NCBI GenBank assembly: GCA_023645945.1 | Contig: JALAIB010000074.1 | Location: forward strand, 1 to 35,370 | DNA: 35,370 nt | DNA from: Diploschistes diacapsis | Lineage: Eukaryota | Direction: 5' to 3' | Shown: positions 1-11,933 of the stretch, in pieces | How the letters are laid out: every line of letters starts with the position of its first letter | How positions within the stretch are numbered: the stretch's first letter is position 1 | The notes under the pieces: model-generated | What the model saw: the letters and a program-made list of their open reading frames with translations, nothing else | What the model was told of the DNA's origin: nothing | Databases searched by the model: none | Made by a program: the position numbers and the translations under genes

Positions 1-324
1 TAAATTATTTTTTTAATTTTAATAATTTTAAAATTATTAAAATTAAAAAAATAATTTAAAATGTTTCGATGAATGCACGGACACGGATACCGTAATAAAG
101 ATTTTCTCGATACAGACATTAACACGAATACTATATTATAATAAAAACACGGACACGGACATTATAATTAAAAATTTTAAAATATTAATATTAATACGGA
201 CAATGCACTTCCGTGAATCCACGGACACGGACACCGCAGCTAAAAAATCTAAAACACGGATACTGACACTGTTAGTGTCCGTGTCACTGACACGGCCGTG
301 TCAGTGTCAGTGACGGCCAGCCTA
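1..324. mobile_element. RIP-decayed end of a putative hAT-like DNA transposon with subterminal hexamer repeats (truncated by window edge)
   Basis: Very AT-rich, with many copies of CACGGA/CACTGA (e.g. 76-90, 146-161, 220-234) that become denser towards 324 and a perfect 22-bp palindrome at 285-306. On the minus strand the end reads TAGGCTGGCCG, similar to the YAG start of hAT TIRs. The superfamily is inferred; only one end is visible. Confidence 0.5.
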
Positions 325-1001
325 ATATATATAACGACCTTCGTACGTTCTTTAACGCCGAATTAGATCCCTTTCTCGTCTATATTCCAGATATTTCTAA
401 AAATAACGTCGTATTGAACGCGAAATTTCTAAAAACGTTCTAAAAACGGGCGTAAAATTTCCGACGCCGCGGCGTTAGCTCTCTTATTTAAAAGAAAATT
501 ATTCTAAATTATACCTAGTTTTAGATACCTTTTTAAGAAACGCTGCAGTTAATAACGGCTTAGCTAGCGTTGGTTATTCGGTTCGGAAGTATTCCAGATT
601 TCCGCCGCTAAATTTTTAAATATTACGACAAAAATAAAGAATCTTTCGACCTACAAACGCTCCATATACCTCGCGAGGACATTCTCTTACTTAATAATTA
701 AAAACTACTACGATTAATGGCCAGCAAACCTCTCAAAACGGCCATTAAACTTGTCGAAAAAGGAGGAGAAAGGGACGCCGTTACGTCGAACGACTTCACG
801 GAACGATAGCAGGAGGGATTAAATTTTCGCTTCGATGAGAGCATTTTCCATTATCGAGAATATCTAGGTTTAAATTAACAAAAAATAAAAAAATATATGG
901 AGCTTACAATGGATGAAAAAGGGAAGGGCATTTTAGGTGTAAAAAGCGCTTATAAATAATCGGTTACTAGGGTCCGCTCGGTTACTAGGGGCAACACTCT
1001 A
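325..1001. mobile_element. RIP-decayed Tc1/mariner (Fot1/pogo-like) transposon remnant with one TIR
   Basis: CpA/TpG visibly depleted, TpA abundant, CpG retained, no ORF. It ends in about 40 bp carrying a 13-bp direct repeat TCGGTTACTAGGG (960-972, 978-990) followed by TA (1000-1001). The GTAACCGA repeat on the minus strand resembles Fot1-type TIRs. Base composition returns to normal right after. Confidence 0.6.
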
Positions 1002-1372
1002 GTTGTGAATTGTAATTTGCAACTTGTATCTGTGGGCAAAGATCCCTTACCGAAGTTTATTCAGTTTATGGCTTAGCTCGCTGACAACCCCTCTGACGGC
1101 GGTTGATCGACAACTTCAATTGGCCGGGAGTGCTTTACTGGGTGGCCACACCCCCAACCCTTCTTGTCGAATGGACTTCTCCCAATCGAAAGGCCCAGCA
1201 CGCTGGCGCCCGCTTCGGTCCTCTCAAAAAGGCCAAGACCGTAGGTTGCTTCTGTTTTCCTCTGATCCTCCTGCTTCATCCTCTTTCTGAAACTCTGAGG
1301 TTCATTTATAGCGTTAAGAGCGCAATCCTGATACAAGGAGCCGACCAACTCGCGGGCCAGCACCAGTTCAAG

Positions 1373-2365
1373 ATGCTCTCAGGAAAGTGGAAGCTGCCGT
1401 GGTGGTGCAAGCTGAGCTGGCGGAATGCCAAAGTCCTCCCGATACTCTTCATCGTTGAGTTCCCCCTTACTGTCGCCTGTCTTGCGCTCTTTGGCATCGC
1501 CGACCCAGACACATATCGGACATCACTATGGCAGGAGGGCGCAAACCATGGATGGAATAGCGACCCCATCGAGATCCTGTACGCATATGCCAACTACAAA
1601 CCGATCCCAGTCCCAGCCCCATGGAATCAATTGTACGTACGACGGACGGTTGATGGAGGCATAGAAGCATAAGGACTAATTGGAATCAGCATCACCGACT
1701 GGAACGTTGTGATCTGTGTTTTGTCCATGTTCATCCTTCTCGCAAAGGTCGTCATGTACATTACACACATCTTTCCCCCAGTGCTTTCGGTAATCATCCA
1801 CACCGTGCTCATGATCTTTTACGCCGTGAGCATATCGCAGCAAGCGGCCTCAGACTATAGCGATCCTGACCACCCTTCGGCCGTTCCCTGGTATCTGACT
1901 CGGGGCTGCGGAGCGCCCGTTAGTCCCAAGCTGCAGTCTTCTTGTCAGCAAGCAAAGGCGTCCTTCTCCGTGGCATGCTTGATGACGTAAGAACAAACGC
2001 TATCCTGTTATTGTGATGCAAGACTGATTCATTGATTCGTCTACAGTGCGCTTTTCTTCGCCTACAGCTCGTTTTCCATCTACTCCGCCATCCCCACAAA
2101 GGCTCAAAAGACCGAAGCTACGGTCCAAGGGGAGGAGGACATCGAATCGCCCACCAGCTACTTTGATGATAAGAAGTGGGAGTACGAGATGGACAGAATC
2201 CCACAAACGCCTCGCTCGCCGGCATTCGGCAGGACGCCGATGACTCCGCGAACAGTCGCTTTCAACACGCTGGAAGGGAAGATGCCGAGCAAGCCAAACC
2301 GAGACCTTCCGTTGAGGCACCACATCTCCATGGGTACGGAGACCTACAAAGGTCGCTTCGTCTGA
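1373..2365 (+). CDS. Conserved-type fungal multi-pass (about 4 TM, possibly MARVEL-like) membrane protein, 291 aa; exons 1373-1632, 1690-1986, 2047-2365
   Basis: Two GT-AG introns (GTACGT..CTAAT..CAG; GTAAGA..CTGAT..CAG) join the ORFs in frame (876 nt). Hydrophobic segments are followed by a Pro/Thr-rich tail (PQTPRSP, TPMTPRT). Confidence 0.8.
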
Positions 2366-3169
2366 TCTGGGCATCGCTTTTCTATTCTTGTATAACATTG
2401 ATGGAGAGATCTGGCATCATTGAATTTTTCGCTACCTAGAATATGCCGAGGGGTTCAGGGGATACATCCCTGACGTTAACATGTTTATGGATCCATCTGC
2501 CTTTTCCCACTTGTTCAATGAACATGATATTTTAAATGCAAGGAAGCGTAACGCTGTCTACGAACTGTGGCTCTAAACTGCACATGCTCCAGTTACTACA
2601 ACCGTACAGGCAGCCTCCCGACAGCACCAGGTCTTGGCAATGGCGGGGTGATTACTCGAGGAACTTGAACAAGATGCTTGACGAACAGATTGTTGCTTTC
2701 CATCTTATCTGACTTCTAGTATGGAGCGCCTGAGCATGTCATCCGAAAGCATAGGAAGTGTGACTTGAAATCTGAAGCCGATGGCATACGGCACGAGGGG
2801 TACAGCCTACTAGTACCATATACATATATCCCGCTTGCGTGTGTTTCGTACACACCTACAGCCATCTTGCACCTGACTCGACCTCTACATCAGCTTCTAC
2901 GCCTACTAGGTAGCTCCTACCCTCGAGCTCTGGAATTGTCGTTGTAGGTTGCTGTGTTGGTATTTACTAATCATATCCTGTCTTTCACATCACGGGTACT
3001 CTGATACCTGTGCCTTTTAACATAGGCAGCTTCCATTCGTTGTGTTATAGTACCATATCCTTCGCAGCCCATCCTACCATCTTCCATTCTGCAACATTCT
3101 ACAACCATTTATCATACTCGAACTTTTGAGCCATTCTTCGAAACTATCGTATAGACACTAAATTTGTGA

Positions 3170-6100
3170 ATGCCCCCATCGTCCTCGCATCGTCCCACGA
3201 CCTCCCCTCCCTTGGACCCCTTTGATCCCGGTCCAGCCGAAGACATTCCCAAGATCCGGGCAAAGGCAGAGAAGAAGCGCAGAAAGCATGAAGCGGCGTC
3301 GACAGTGGATCAACGGTACAAAGAGGAGGTCATTGCAGATATAGAGGCTGAGGCGTTAGTACTCAGCCAGGCACCTGCCGATTCAGACCATAACTCTGGT
3401 TATAGAAATGCTTCACTATCTGGCCCATCAACCCGGCCGCAGCTCTCTCCATCTCAGAGTGAACATCCTGTGACATCTCCTATCTTTGCTACACTTGGTG
3501 AAGCATTTCGGGAGAAGCTTCCCCTAACCTCGAACACGCCTTTCGAGAATCCCATACACTCTTTACCTCCTGCCCCTGCCACTGCCCTTCCGGACCTGCC
3601 TCAAGCTGGCAGCTCCGCTAATGCCTCTCCACATTCGTTACCAGCCCGATTACCCTTCAACGAAGAAGTAAGAGGTGGGTTCAGCAGTCAGCCACCTTCC
3701 GCATCTCCCAGGCAAGCCTATCGTCTTCCAGTCCGGCGGACGAGTGGTTACCAAGCGTTGGTAGACGCACATGCAACCTCTCCGCGGGGACGACCGGTTT
3801 CGATGCCTTCGCAGTTCTATGGCATACCAACCCCTTCGGCGCTCAATCCCAATCAACTTCGTGGCGTTCGAGATACAGATACCGGCTTCGAGCCTTCAAG
3901 AAGCACGAGTCGAAAAGGGCTCGGCGATAGCTTCTTTGGTCTAGACAGTCTTGCTCTTGCTGCAGATGAGGCGACATCTGCTGCTGAAAATATCTTGCTC
4001 ACATCGTCCGGTGGCAATCTCCATGTATTCAAGCACGACAAGGACAAGACGTCCCACCTTGGATGTGTCGAAGGTTTAAGAGGTGTTGCTGTTTCTGCGA
4101 AAGTTATACCATGCACCCTCAAGCTGGATAGGCTCAAATATCTTCGGCCACTCATTGCAGTCATTATTCACGGACCACTCTTGCAATCGGGGTCACGATC
4201 TCGTCGAGGGTCCAACTACTCCAGCGACTCCCAGTTTGATCCGTCTCATCAACAACACGTACAACCTACAGCTACTTCCACGCAGTACCAAACGACTGTC
4301 GAAGTTTATTCACTCAGGACCCGAAGACATGTCTCTACTTTGTATGCTAGTCCGCCTGCAGAAATGGAGCCTCTTTTAGGTGGACGTGCTTTTGAAGCTC
4401 CACCGCCAATAGGCGCTCTTACTCTTCATGTGAAAGGAAAATTCCTTGTGGTATCTTCGGGTGTTAGCGGAGAAGTTTATATATACGATGTTGGCCGAAC
4501 ACCTATAAACCCCTTCCGTTGCATCGGTAAAGTTTGGACAAGCGTTCCGCAACGTAAGAGTAGGACGTGGTCATCATCGTCCGCCTCATCCGAAGCAGAA
4601 AACTACCAGGAGAAGTCCTTAGGTCGGCCTCCTCGCCCTGACAACGCGCTGCTATCTTTGAGTAGTAGGATGCTGGCCTACGTTCCGCCAGTGCCGCCTT
4701 CTCGCTCGACAATCTTTGGGAAGGTCAACCTCCCCCACACCGCACGAGGTCCTCCAGGGCTGACTTCGCATACCGCACCATCACAACCTCAGTCGACCTG
4801 CGAGCTGGATACACCTCTGGAGGACAGCCGCGTCAATAGGGTTGCCAGAGATGTCACGCAGGAGATGTTAAAAGGAGCAAGGTGGGTTGGCGACCAGGGA
4901 AAGCAGGCTTGGAGGAACTATTGGAGCAAACCCTCTGAGCCTACGCCGTACGAGCCTGCACATCAACCAGCGACTCAACAGTTCCCGCCTACCCATGCTT
5001 CAGACGACCAAAACCGAATTTCCCAACAGCCAGTAATGGTGTCCGTACTAGACCTTGAAAAGCTAGCAGAACATCAGGATTCAAAAGTTGCGACTGCCCT
5101 GCAACCTATCGCGACGTTTCCGCTTCCTGGAGGATGCAGCTTCCTTTCGTTCAACCCAAGCGGGCTAAGCTTGCTCACTGCCAGTAGCAAAGGTGACGTC
5201 CAGTACGTTTGGGATCTTATGCAAATGGTTTATCCACGAAGTAGCCTATTCTTCTCTTCGAACCAGGATGTCGGACCCATTGTTCGCCAAGTTGCGAGGT
5301 ATACACGCGTGACCATTGCAAATATCGTTGACGCCGTCTGGCTTGAACCGAGGGGAGAAAAGCTTGCGATTGTCACCGACCGTGGTACGGTCCATCTGCA
5401 TGACCTGCCTCAATCAGCCTTACAATGGCCCCCTCCTACACGTGCCATGCGCCCAGCAAACATGCAAAAAACGGTATCGGAAACGGTCGCTGCACGGCCC
5501 ACGTCGAGCGGTTGGAACTCTGCTTTCAGTGCTGTGAGTGGCGGTCTTGCTGCAGTTCGAACCAAGCCTCTCATAGGCTTCGGAGGGTTCAACCTGGCGC
5601 AAGCATCAGCCGGTGTCGGCGCACGAGGTAGCAAAATAATGGCGTCAGGTTTCAGCAAGTCTGTTGAGGCAGCTACGGGGATTGGAAACAGCTTGATACA
5701 CATGGGCGAAACTCGTCTCCACGTTTCTGGTTCTTCAAATCTTGTCAATCCCGGCTGTGTTCGCTGGCTGACCGGCAAAGACCCGGCAATTGCCATCGCC
5801 GGAAATGGTGTTGTTCGTGTCTATCGTATCGTCTTGCGCACACAAACTGATAAGAAGGGCAAAAGAAAATCGCATTCCGTAGTCGGTGAGAGACTTGCCG
5901 AGCTCAGCATACCGGATGCCAACAAGTACAATAAATACCAAGAGGATGAACTACCAAACGATGGGATCAACGTGGAGATAGCATGGCCGTCACTTCCCCA
6001 CGCTCCTCAGGCTTCTTATGGCAACAATACCTCGCTAAATCCGCTCTCATTCGCCGAGATTGATTCTTGCACTCCTTATCAACCTTTTCATATAGATCGC

Positions 6101-6739
6101 CGCGTAGGTATGTATGCTTATGCGGATACTAGGTATAGCTATGGTCCCTCCGACAAGTGGGTGTTTGGGAAAGAGATTCCCACCCGCCTCGTGCAAGATA
6201 AGAAAGGATTAGACAGTGATATGGTGAGCTTGGCGGAACCCAGCGTCAAAGAGCTTGTGGTATCGAGAGCGGTTGAGCCACAGCCGATAACCGAAGAATG
6301 GAAAGGGCAACAGCCCGAGGCAAACCTACAAATCGGACCTGTTCGAGAGCTCGAGCTCGAGCTCCATGCACCGATGAGAGAAGAACAAGCCGAGCCGGCA
6401 GGATCCTCGGATGCTTCCGCAGAGCAGCATGGAGTAAGCTTGGTACACAAGGACAGCCCTGAACCAAAGGGCAAGAAGAAGGGTAAGGGGAAGAAGAAGA
6501 GTGTTAAAGGGGGCAAGGTCGCCCATGCAGAACCAAGTCCCCCTATCCTCGAATCTGGTGCAGAAGAGGCTGCGATAAATCGTGATATGCATTTCCCTTT
6601 AGAGGGGGTTCCTGCGGAGACCATGTGCGAACCCTACGACGAATCTCACGAAAGACCCTGGAGAAACTGGGACTGGGACGAACAATTGCCCGAAGTCACT
6701 GCAGCTCCAGAAGGCGACGAAGAAGATGATCCTTGGTGA
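3170..6739 (+). CDS. BCAS3/Atg18-related WD40 beta-propeller protein, 1189 aa, intronless
   Basis: Long ORF with disordered termini and the motifs LSFNPSGLSLLTASSKG, VARYTRVTIANIVD and AIVTDRGTVHL, which resemble the conserved blades of BCAS3/PROPPIN proteins. Confidence 0.75.
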   Translation: MPPSSSHRPTTSPPLDPFDPGPAEDIPKIRAKAEKKRRKHEAASTVDQRYKEEVIADIEAEALVLSQAPADSDHNSGYRNASLSGPSTRPQLSPSQSEHPVTSPIFATLGEAFREKLPLTSNTPFENPIHSLPPAPATALPDLPQAGSSANASPHSLPARLPFNEEVRGGFSSQPPSASPRQAYRLPVRRTSGYQALVDAHATSPRGRPVSMPSQFYGIPTPSALNPNQLRGVRDTDTGFEPSRSTSRKGLGDSFFGLDSLALAADEATSAAENILLTSSGGNLHVFKHDKDKTSHLGCVEGLRGVAVSAKVIPCTLKLDRLKYLRPLIAVIIHGPLLQSGSRSRRGSNYSSDSQFDPSHQQHVQPTATSTQYQTTVEVYSLRTRRHVSTLYASPPAEMEPLLGGRAFEAPPPIGALTLHVKGKFLVVSSGVSGEVYIYDVGRTPINPFRCIGKVWTSVPQRKSRTWSSSSASSEAENYQEKSLGRPPRPDNALLSLSSRMLAYVPPVPPSRSTIFGKVNLPHTARGPPGLTSHTAPSQPQSTCELDTPLEDSRVNRVARDVTQEMLKGARWVGDQGKQAWRNYWSKPSEPTPYEPAHQPATQQFPPTHASDDQNRISQQPVMVSVLDLEKLAEHQDSKVATALQPIATFPLPGGCSFLSFNPSGLSLLTASSKGDVQYVWDLMQMVYPRSSLFFSSNQDVGPIVRQVARYTRVTIANIVDAVWLEPRGEKLAIVTDRGTVHLHDLPQSALQWPPPTRAMRPANMQKTVSETVAARPTSSGWNSAFSAVSGGLAAVRTKPLIGFGGFNLAQASAGVGARGSKIMASGFSKSVEAATGIGNSLIHMGETRLHVSGSSNLVNPGCVRWLTGKDPAIAIAGNGVVRVYRIVLRTQTDKKGKRKSHSVVGERLAELSIPDANKYNKYQEDELPNDGINVEIAWPSLPHAPQASYGNNTSLNPLSFAEIDSCTPYQPFHIDRRVGMYAYADTRYSYGPSDKWVFGKEIPTRLVQDKKGLDSDMVSLAEPSVKELVVSRAVEPQPITEEWKGQQPEANLQIGPVRELELELHAPMREEQAEPAGSSDASAEQHGVSLVHKDSPEPKGKKKGKGKKKSVKGGKVAHAEPSPPILESGAEEAAINRDMHFPLEGVPAETMCEPYDESHERPWRNWDWDEQLPEVTAAPEGDEEDDPW

Positions 6740-7805
6740 TGATGGTTGGTACGCAGGTTCCACTGTCAGTGATCCAGAGTGGCGTTTGTTGCAAGTAGCA
6801 AAAGCTGCTGCGGAAAGCCACCAGAGTGTGATGAACTTTTTTCTATTTTTTACTCATTCGGTGGGCTTTTTATAGCGTTTTGGAGAATATGGGCCCGGGT
6901 TGGATGTGCTGGTGGTGAATGATGTGGCGCTCTGTAACCTGGATGGTACGGGGGGTGCATGTCAAGGTTTGCATATATGGGAGGCGCAAGTGTATAATGA
7001 ACAGGGATAAGATACCTATGGGGAAGATAGCATTTGATGATACAGACTGGCGGGCAGGCGCTCTTTTATAACAACGGTGGCTGTCCATTACCTCGCACTT
7101 AGCACAAATGGGATATTACAATTCCCATTCCACGCTCGTAGTGGATATATGTGCCTCACATTTCAAAATATGACAAGTCGAAGATGCTTCAATGATCGAA
7201 CGGCCAAAAGCTCTTAGTATATTTAGCAGAGAGATGCATTTGGCAATACAACAGAGTCCCTTCGAGTCGTTATCGATAAGGGCTTGAGGTGCTCGTTGCC
7301 GGGAAACAAGGCTTGGCATGTCAACATGATTCAGCTCACCGCCCGCCCAGAATAGCAAGATGCACTAACGCAGCTTTCAGGTTCTCCACCTTCAACATCA
7401 TTTAGGGATTTTGGATTTTGGATTAGTTTTGTGTGACAAGCTGCCCAATCCATATGTATTCCATTTTTGTTCTTTGAATAGATCCCATTCTTCATACATT
7501 GCCTCCTTTAGCTTTATACCCATTAGGCCGAGTTGTACACCCTCCAACCGCTTACCCTCCCACATTTGCGCTATCCCCACTACACCTCCGGTAATTCGAC
7601 TAGGAGCGCTCTGTACCTCTGGATACACTCAGACTGCTCAGGAACGCTCTTCCTCTCTGGATAGATACTCCAGGAGCTGTCGCATGGTTGTCCGCTCTGC
7701 TGCAGAGGTCTGAGGATCTCCACCGGCTTCACACCCCCAAATTCAACCTCTTCCCGTTGAAGACTCGCAGCTGTCCGCTATAGTTCCCGATCGACGAAAT
7801 CTAAG

Positions 7806-10312
7806 ATGTCCACACAGGGTCTAACTGCCCCAGGCAGTGCGCAATACAACTCGCCGGAGATGACGGTCGGCGATGGAACTTGGGACTCACAACATAACAC
7901 TTTCCTGCTGCCAAACTTACAGGGCCTGAATCTTGCAATGACACAGTACAATGGCATGGGCAACCGGTTCGCACAGATGCCCGGATATACCAACCTCATC
8001 AAGGCGCACGGCATACTGGCTGCGATAGTTTTCCTCTTCATAGTACCTTTTGCGATCATGTTCAATCGGTTCTACGGCCGCAATCCCTGGACGGCGATAC
8101 GAATACATATTTGGTGCCAGATCATGACGATGTTTCTAACAACAGTTCTGTTGATATTGGGTTTCATGGCGGTTGGGCCGGAAAGGAGTTTAACGAATCC
8201 GCATCATGCTGTTGGAGTTGCGATTTACACCCTTATTTGGTGGCAATTCATTGTTGGGTGGTGGGTGCATAGGAGAGAAAAGAGGCGGAGGTTACCTTAT
8301 CCGACTGTGACGGCTGTGGTAGGTGTTTCTCCGCCATGTCAACACAAGCGCGCTAATACGTCTAGATACATAAGTGGAGCGGACGGGCGACGGCACTTTT
8401 GGGATTGGCGCAAGTACCCATGGGGCTTGCATTGTTCGGATCTCCAGAATATCTTTTTATACTTTATGCGCTTGTCGTGTTCGCCATCGTGGTAGTCTAC
8501 TTCATCTATTCCTACATGCAAGAGCGCAATCATGGCCGAGAGATGGACGACCACATCAGCGAGCACAGCTACCATTACGAAGACGGCCACGAAAAGCGAA
8601 CGCACCGCTTCAGCAATTTGGCAAAGGGCGCAGCGGCTGGAGTGGGAATCAGTGCATTAGCAAATCGACTGCGGCACCGACGTGAAGTAGCTTCCAGCAG
8701 ACACTCTGGATCCGACTCGGTTTCTGTAGAAGAGGATAAGTACTCGCAATACGGACAGAGACCAACAGAAGGCCTTGGAAGGAGAAACATTCTCGGGCTC
8801 GGCGCCTTGGCAGCTGTATCATACTGGTTTGGGAAGGTATTTGCCCGACGAAAGAACCGAAGAGATGCAGAGGACATGTCTTCGGGATACTCTGAGACTA
8901 GCGAGGATTCCACGGAAAGAATAGAAAGGGTAGAGGAGGGTCGGCCTTCCACAGCGGGACCGCCAGCGGTGGTGGCATCTCCGGGACCTTCGCCAAGGCC
9001 AAACCAGCCGTTGAACCCCACTGCGAGCCACGTCAGTCACGCCAGCCATCGCAGAACGGCCAGCGAGATGTCGGAGGAGAGCTACGTAAGTGGGAGTCCG
9101 AGCAAGGAGAGACGTGGGCATGGGGTTAGGAATGCAATTGCTGGCCTGGGCACTTTTGCGTTTGCGAGGAGCTACCTCAAGAGGAGGCAGGAGAAGAAGG
9201 AGCAGAAGCGCATTGACGAGCTAAGAGAACAGGACAGGGATGACGAGAGGATACAGAGAGCGAGTAGCAGGAAATATACCGGCGATGGGTACCTGCATCG
9301 ACCAGGGCGATTGGGATCGGTCACAAGTACAAACCTAACGGCGGATCCAGGGGGCCCAGAGGCAGCAGGAGCCCTAGGCGATGGAATTGCCGCTACTGCA
9401 GCCCACAACCGTGAGGTGGCTGCCGCAAACTCGCGCCTCGCGGTACAAAACACGAACGTCGCAGATCCCTTTGTCAGTGACCCCCTCCCTCCCCCACCCC
9501 CACCACACAGCGTTCACGGGTCCTCCGGCTCGGAAGTCTACGCATCCTCCGGCGGCCACGATCATCGCCGCCACCACAACCTCGCCGAAGTCGCGGCCGT
9601 GGGAGCCGGCGCATCGGCCGTCGGTCTCGCAGCCGGCGAAGCCCTCGCGCAACGGCGCCAGCGCTCCGAGAGCCGCCGGCGAAGCAACGGCGCCGACAGC
9701 ATGGGCTCGCAGCCGGTCAGCGTCAAGCTAAACATGCACAGCGACGGGCGACACGTCACGCTGCGGCGGCTGACGGAGGAGGAAGCGGCGGCGGAGCGGG
9801 CACGGCAGGCGCGGAACAGGAACAGACAGCGCAGGAGGGCGGGGAGCGCGAGCAGCCTGGGTAGTCCGGATGGTGGTGGCGATAGGTGGCGCAGGACGGA
9901 GGCGCAAAAGAGGAGGGAGCAACAGCAATTAAACCAGCAACAGCAGCAACAACAACAGGTACAACAACAGGTACAACAACAGCGGCCACAGCCGCAGCCA
10001 CAGCCGCAACAACAACTCTACGCACCCCCCGCAATACCGAGCGCTCCTCAGCGTCTCCAGCCTCAGCCGCACTATCCAAACAACAACGCGTCCTCGGTGA
10101 CTTTCTCGCCGCCACCGCCGCCTCCAATGCCGGGCTCGGATCCTAGATTGGCGAAACCGGGGCCCAGCAGCGTCGGCAGCCCCGGGACCTATGACGGGAA
10201 CCTGACGGAGACGAGCACGAACTACGAGAACAATCGGCGGCGGAGGAGGGCGGAGCGGGCGGCGGCGGCGAGGGAGAAGCAGGCCAGGGTTGCGAGGGGG
10301 GACTTTAGTTGA
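7806..10312 (+). CDS. Cytochrome b561/ferric-reductase-like transmembrane protein with long low-complexity C-terminal tail, 819 aa; exons 7806-8318, 8366-10312
   Basis: A phase-0 intron 8319-8365 (GTAGGT..GCTAAT..TAG) joins two ORFs. Four His residues at TM helix starts (AHGILA, IHIWCQ, PHHAVG, IHKWSGR) fit the b561 di-heme pattern. Confidence 0.8.
9920..10015 (+). repeat. CAA/CAG poly-Gln and Gln-Pro coding repeat
   Basis: Encodes QQQLNQQQQQQQQVQQQVQQQRPQPQPQPQQQ within the b561-like gene. Confidence 0.85.
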
Positions 10313-11933
10313 TTTTGGGCTTGGTTCTGGTTTTGAGGCTGATGAGGTGGCGGGAGCGGGACAGGGGGAGTTGGTTAGGGAAATGGATGGGTAATCGTGC
10401 AGGCTGGCGTTCCTTGCGTTCAAGCGGTCGTTGCCATTGCATTGCAATGGAAAGGAATGAGATGCATGGTATGGCGCGGAGTTCCCCAGAGGAAGCGGAA
10501 ATTGTAATGCTCCCGGTCGTGTCGAGCCAGCCAGCCGCGCACTTAGTTGCTTGCATGTACAGTATGCGATATCCTACGATCAAGTCCCGGGGCAATGGAA
10601 TGAATGTTCCTTGGGCTTTTTGGCCGCCTGGTTTCGAAAGCGCCGTGTTTCTTTTTTCCTCCGAGGAAGGAAGGGAAGGAAGGAAGGAAAGAAGACACCT
10701 CTCATTTTGCGTAATGTCTGCATTCAAAAAAACACGTCCTTGCTTCCTTTCCTTTCACCACATGCCTCGAATCAAAACCCAATCCAATCTACACCCAAGG
10801 TCTCGTCTACGTTAGATAAGGGGGGGGGCGCGCCTTGCAGACTACTGGAAAAAGCACTTCCACGAGAAGTTACGTACGTTACATAACCATCTCTAACCAC
10901 CCATCCATCCATACGATACCCCCCGATACGATAACCAGAACGAGACGGATAACGGGTACGATACATGCACTAACTACCAGACAGAACCCAGAAACTTACC
11001 CCCACAGCCAATAATCCCAACTTATCTGTCGCACATGTATAGAATAAATATATACCCTCTATTTTTAAAATAAAATGGAAAATAAAAATAAAACGCGGAC
11101 ATCGCGCCCCCCCTTCCTGCCTTGATCGACTGCCTCGGGCATAAGAAATGGGGCGTGATTGGGATCTCGAGCCGTGCATATCGAGCGTGCATATCGAGAG
11201 CGCGTCGTAGATGGTGGGGTGCAGTAGAGTCTGTCCGTCTATTTCTACTGTCCCGAAGGATTTAGGGGGGTTTTTTTTTATCCTTTTATCTTTTATCTTG
11301 TGGGGAAAGATGGGGCGGCGTGCGCATTGAGGGGAGAATCTGAAAAAGGGGGAATAGGGGACAGAAGGTACCGCGCGTGCTGAGCCAGCACAAGAGGCTA
11401 GCGGCGGGCGCAGTGGAGTGGTCTGTATCGGAGCTATGGGCGTTGCTACCGGGAGGTAAAGAGATAAAAAAGCAGGGTCGGTCTAGGAAGTCGTAAACTG
11501 GGGACGATGGCACGGGCAGAAATTGGGGGGGGGGGGGACAATGGCTGGGAATTTGAAGTTTGCTGTTGTGGTTTAACGGTACGGTACGGGGTTTTGTACC
11601 ACCACACCTGGTTATGGAGGGTTTGCTCCCGAAAGTAAGTGCGAAGGGGGTGAATGTGGAGCAGTATATACCTTGTAATGGAGCACTTTCTTGATCCCTT
11701 GCCCGATACTTGTCTGGACTCTTGGTTCCCAAAACGATGACGGGTATTATGAGCGAAATGGAATGGCGTCGTGATAGAACACAGTATGCGAAGTCAGAGA
11801 GCACAGTATGTAAAGTCAGCAGCTTCCTATTCGCGGCTACACAAGCTACCAATCCGCATGCCTACCCATCAATACCCAGCTCTTCCCTAGCATCTCCAGG
11901 CTCACGTAACCGAGGCTAGCAGGCACCCATGAC

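Noticed and set aside
76..313. Spaced short repeats suggesting a CRISPR array
   Set aside because: Eukaryotic context, 6-bp units, irregular spacing and no cas genes.
10305..11852. Several 100-190 aa ORFs between the convergent b561-like and acrB genes
   Set aside because: Low-complexity 3'UTR/terminator-type DNA with homopolymers and no protein-like motifs.
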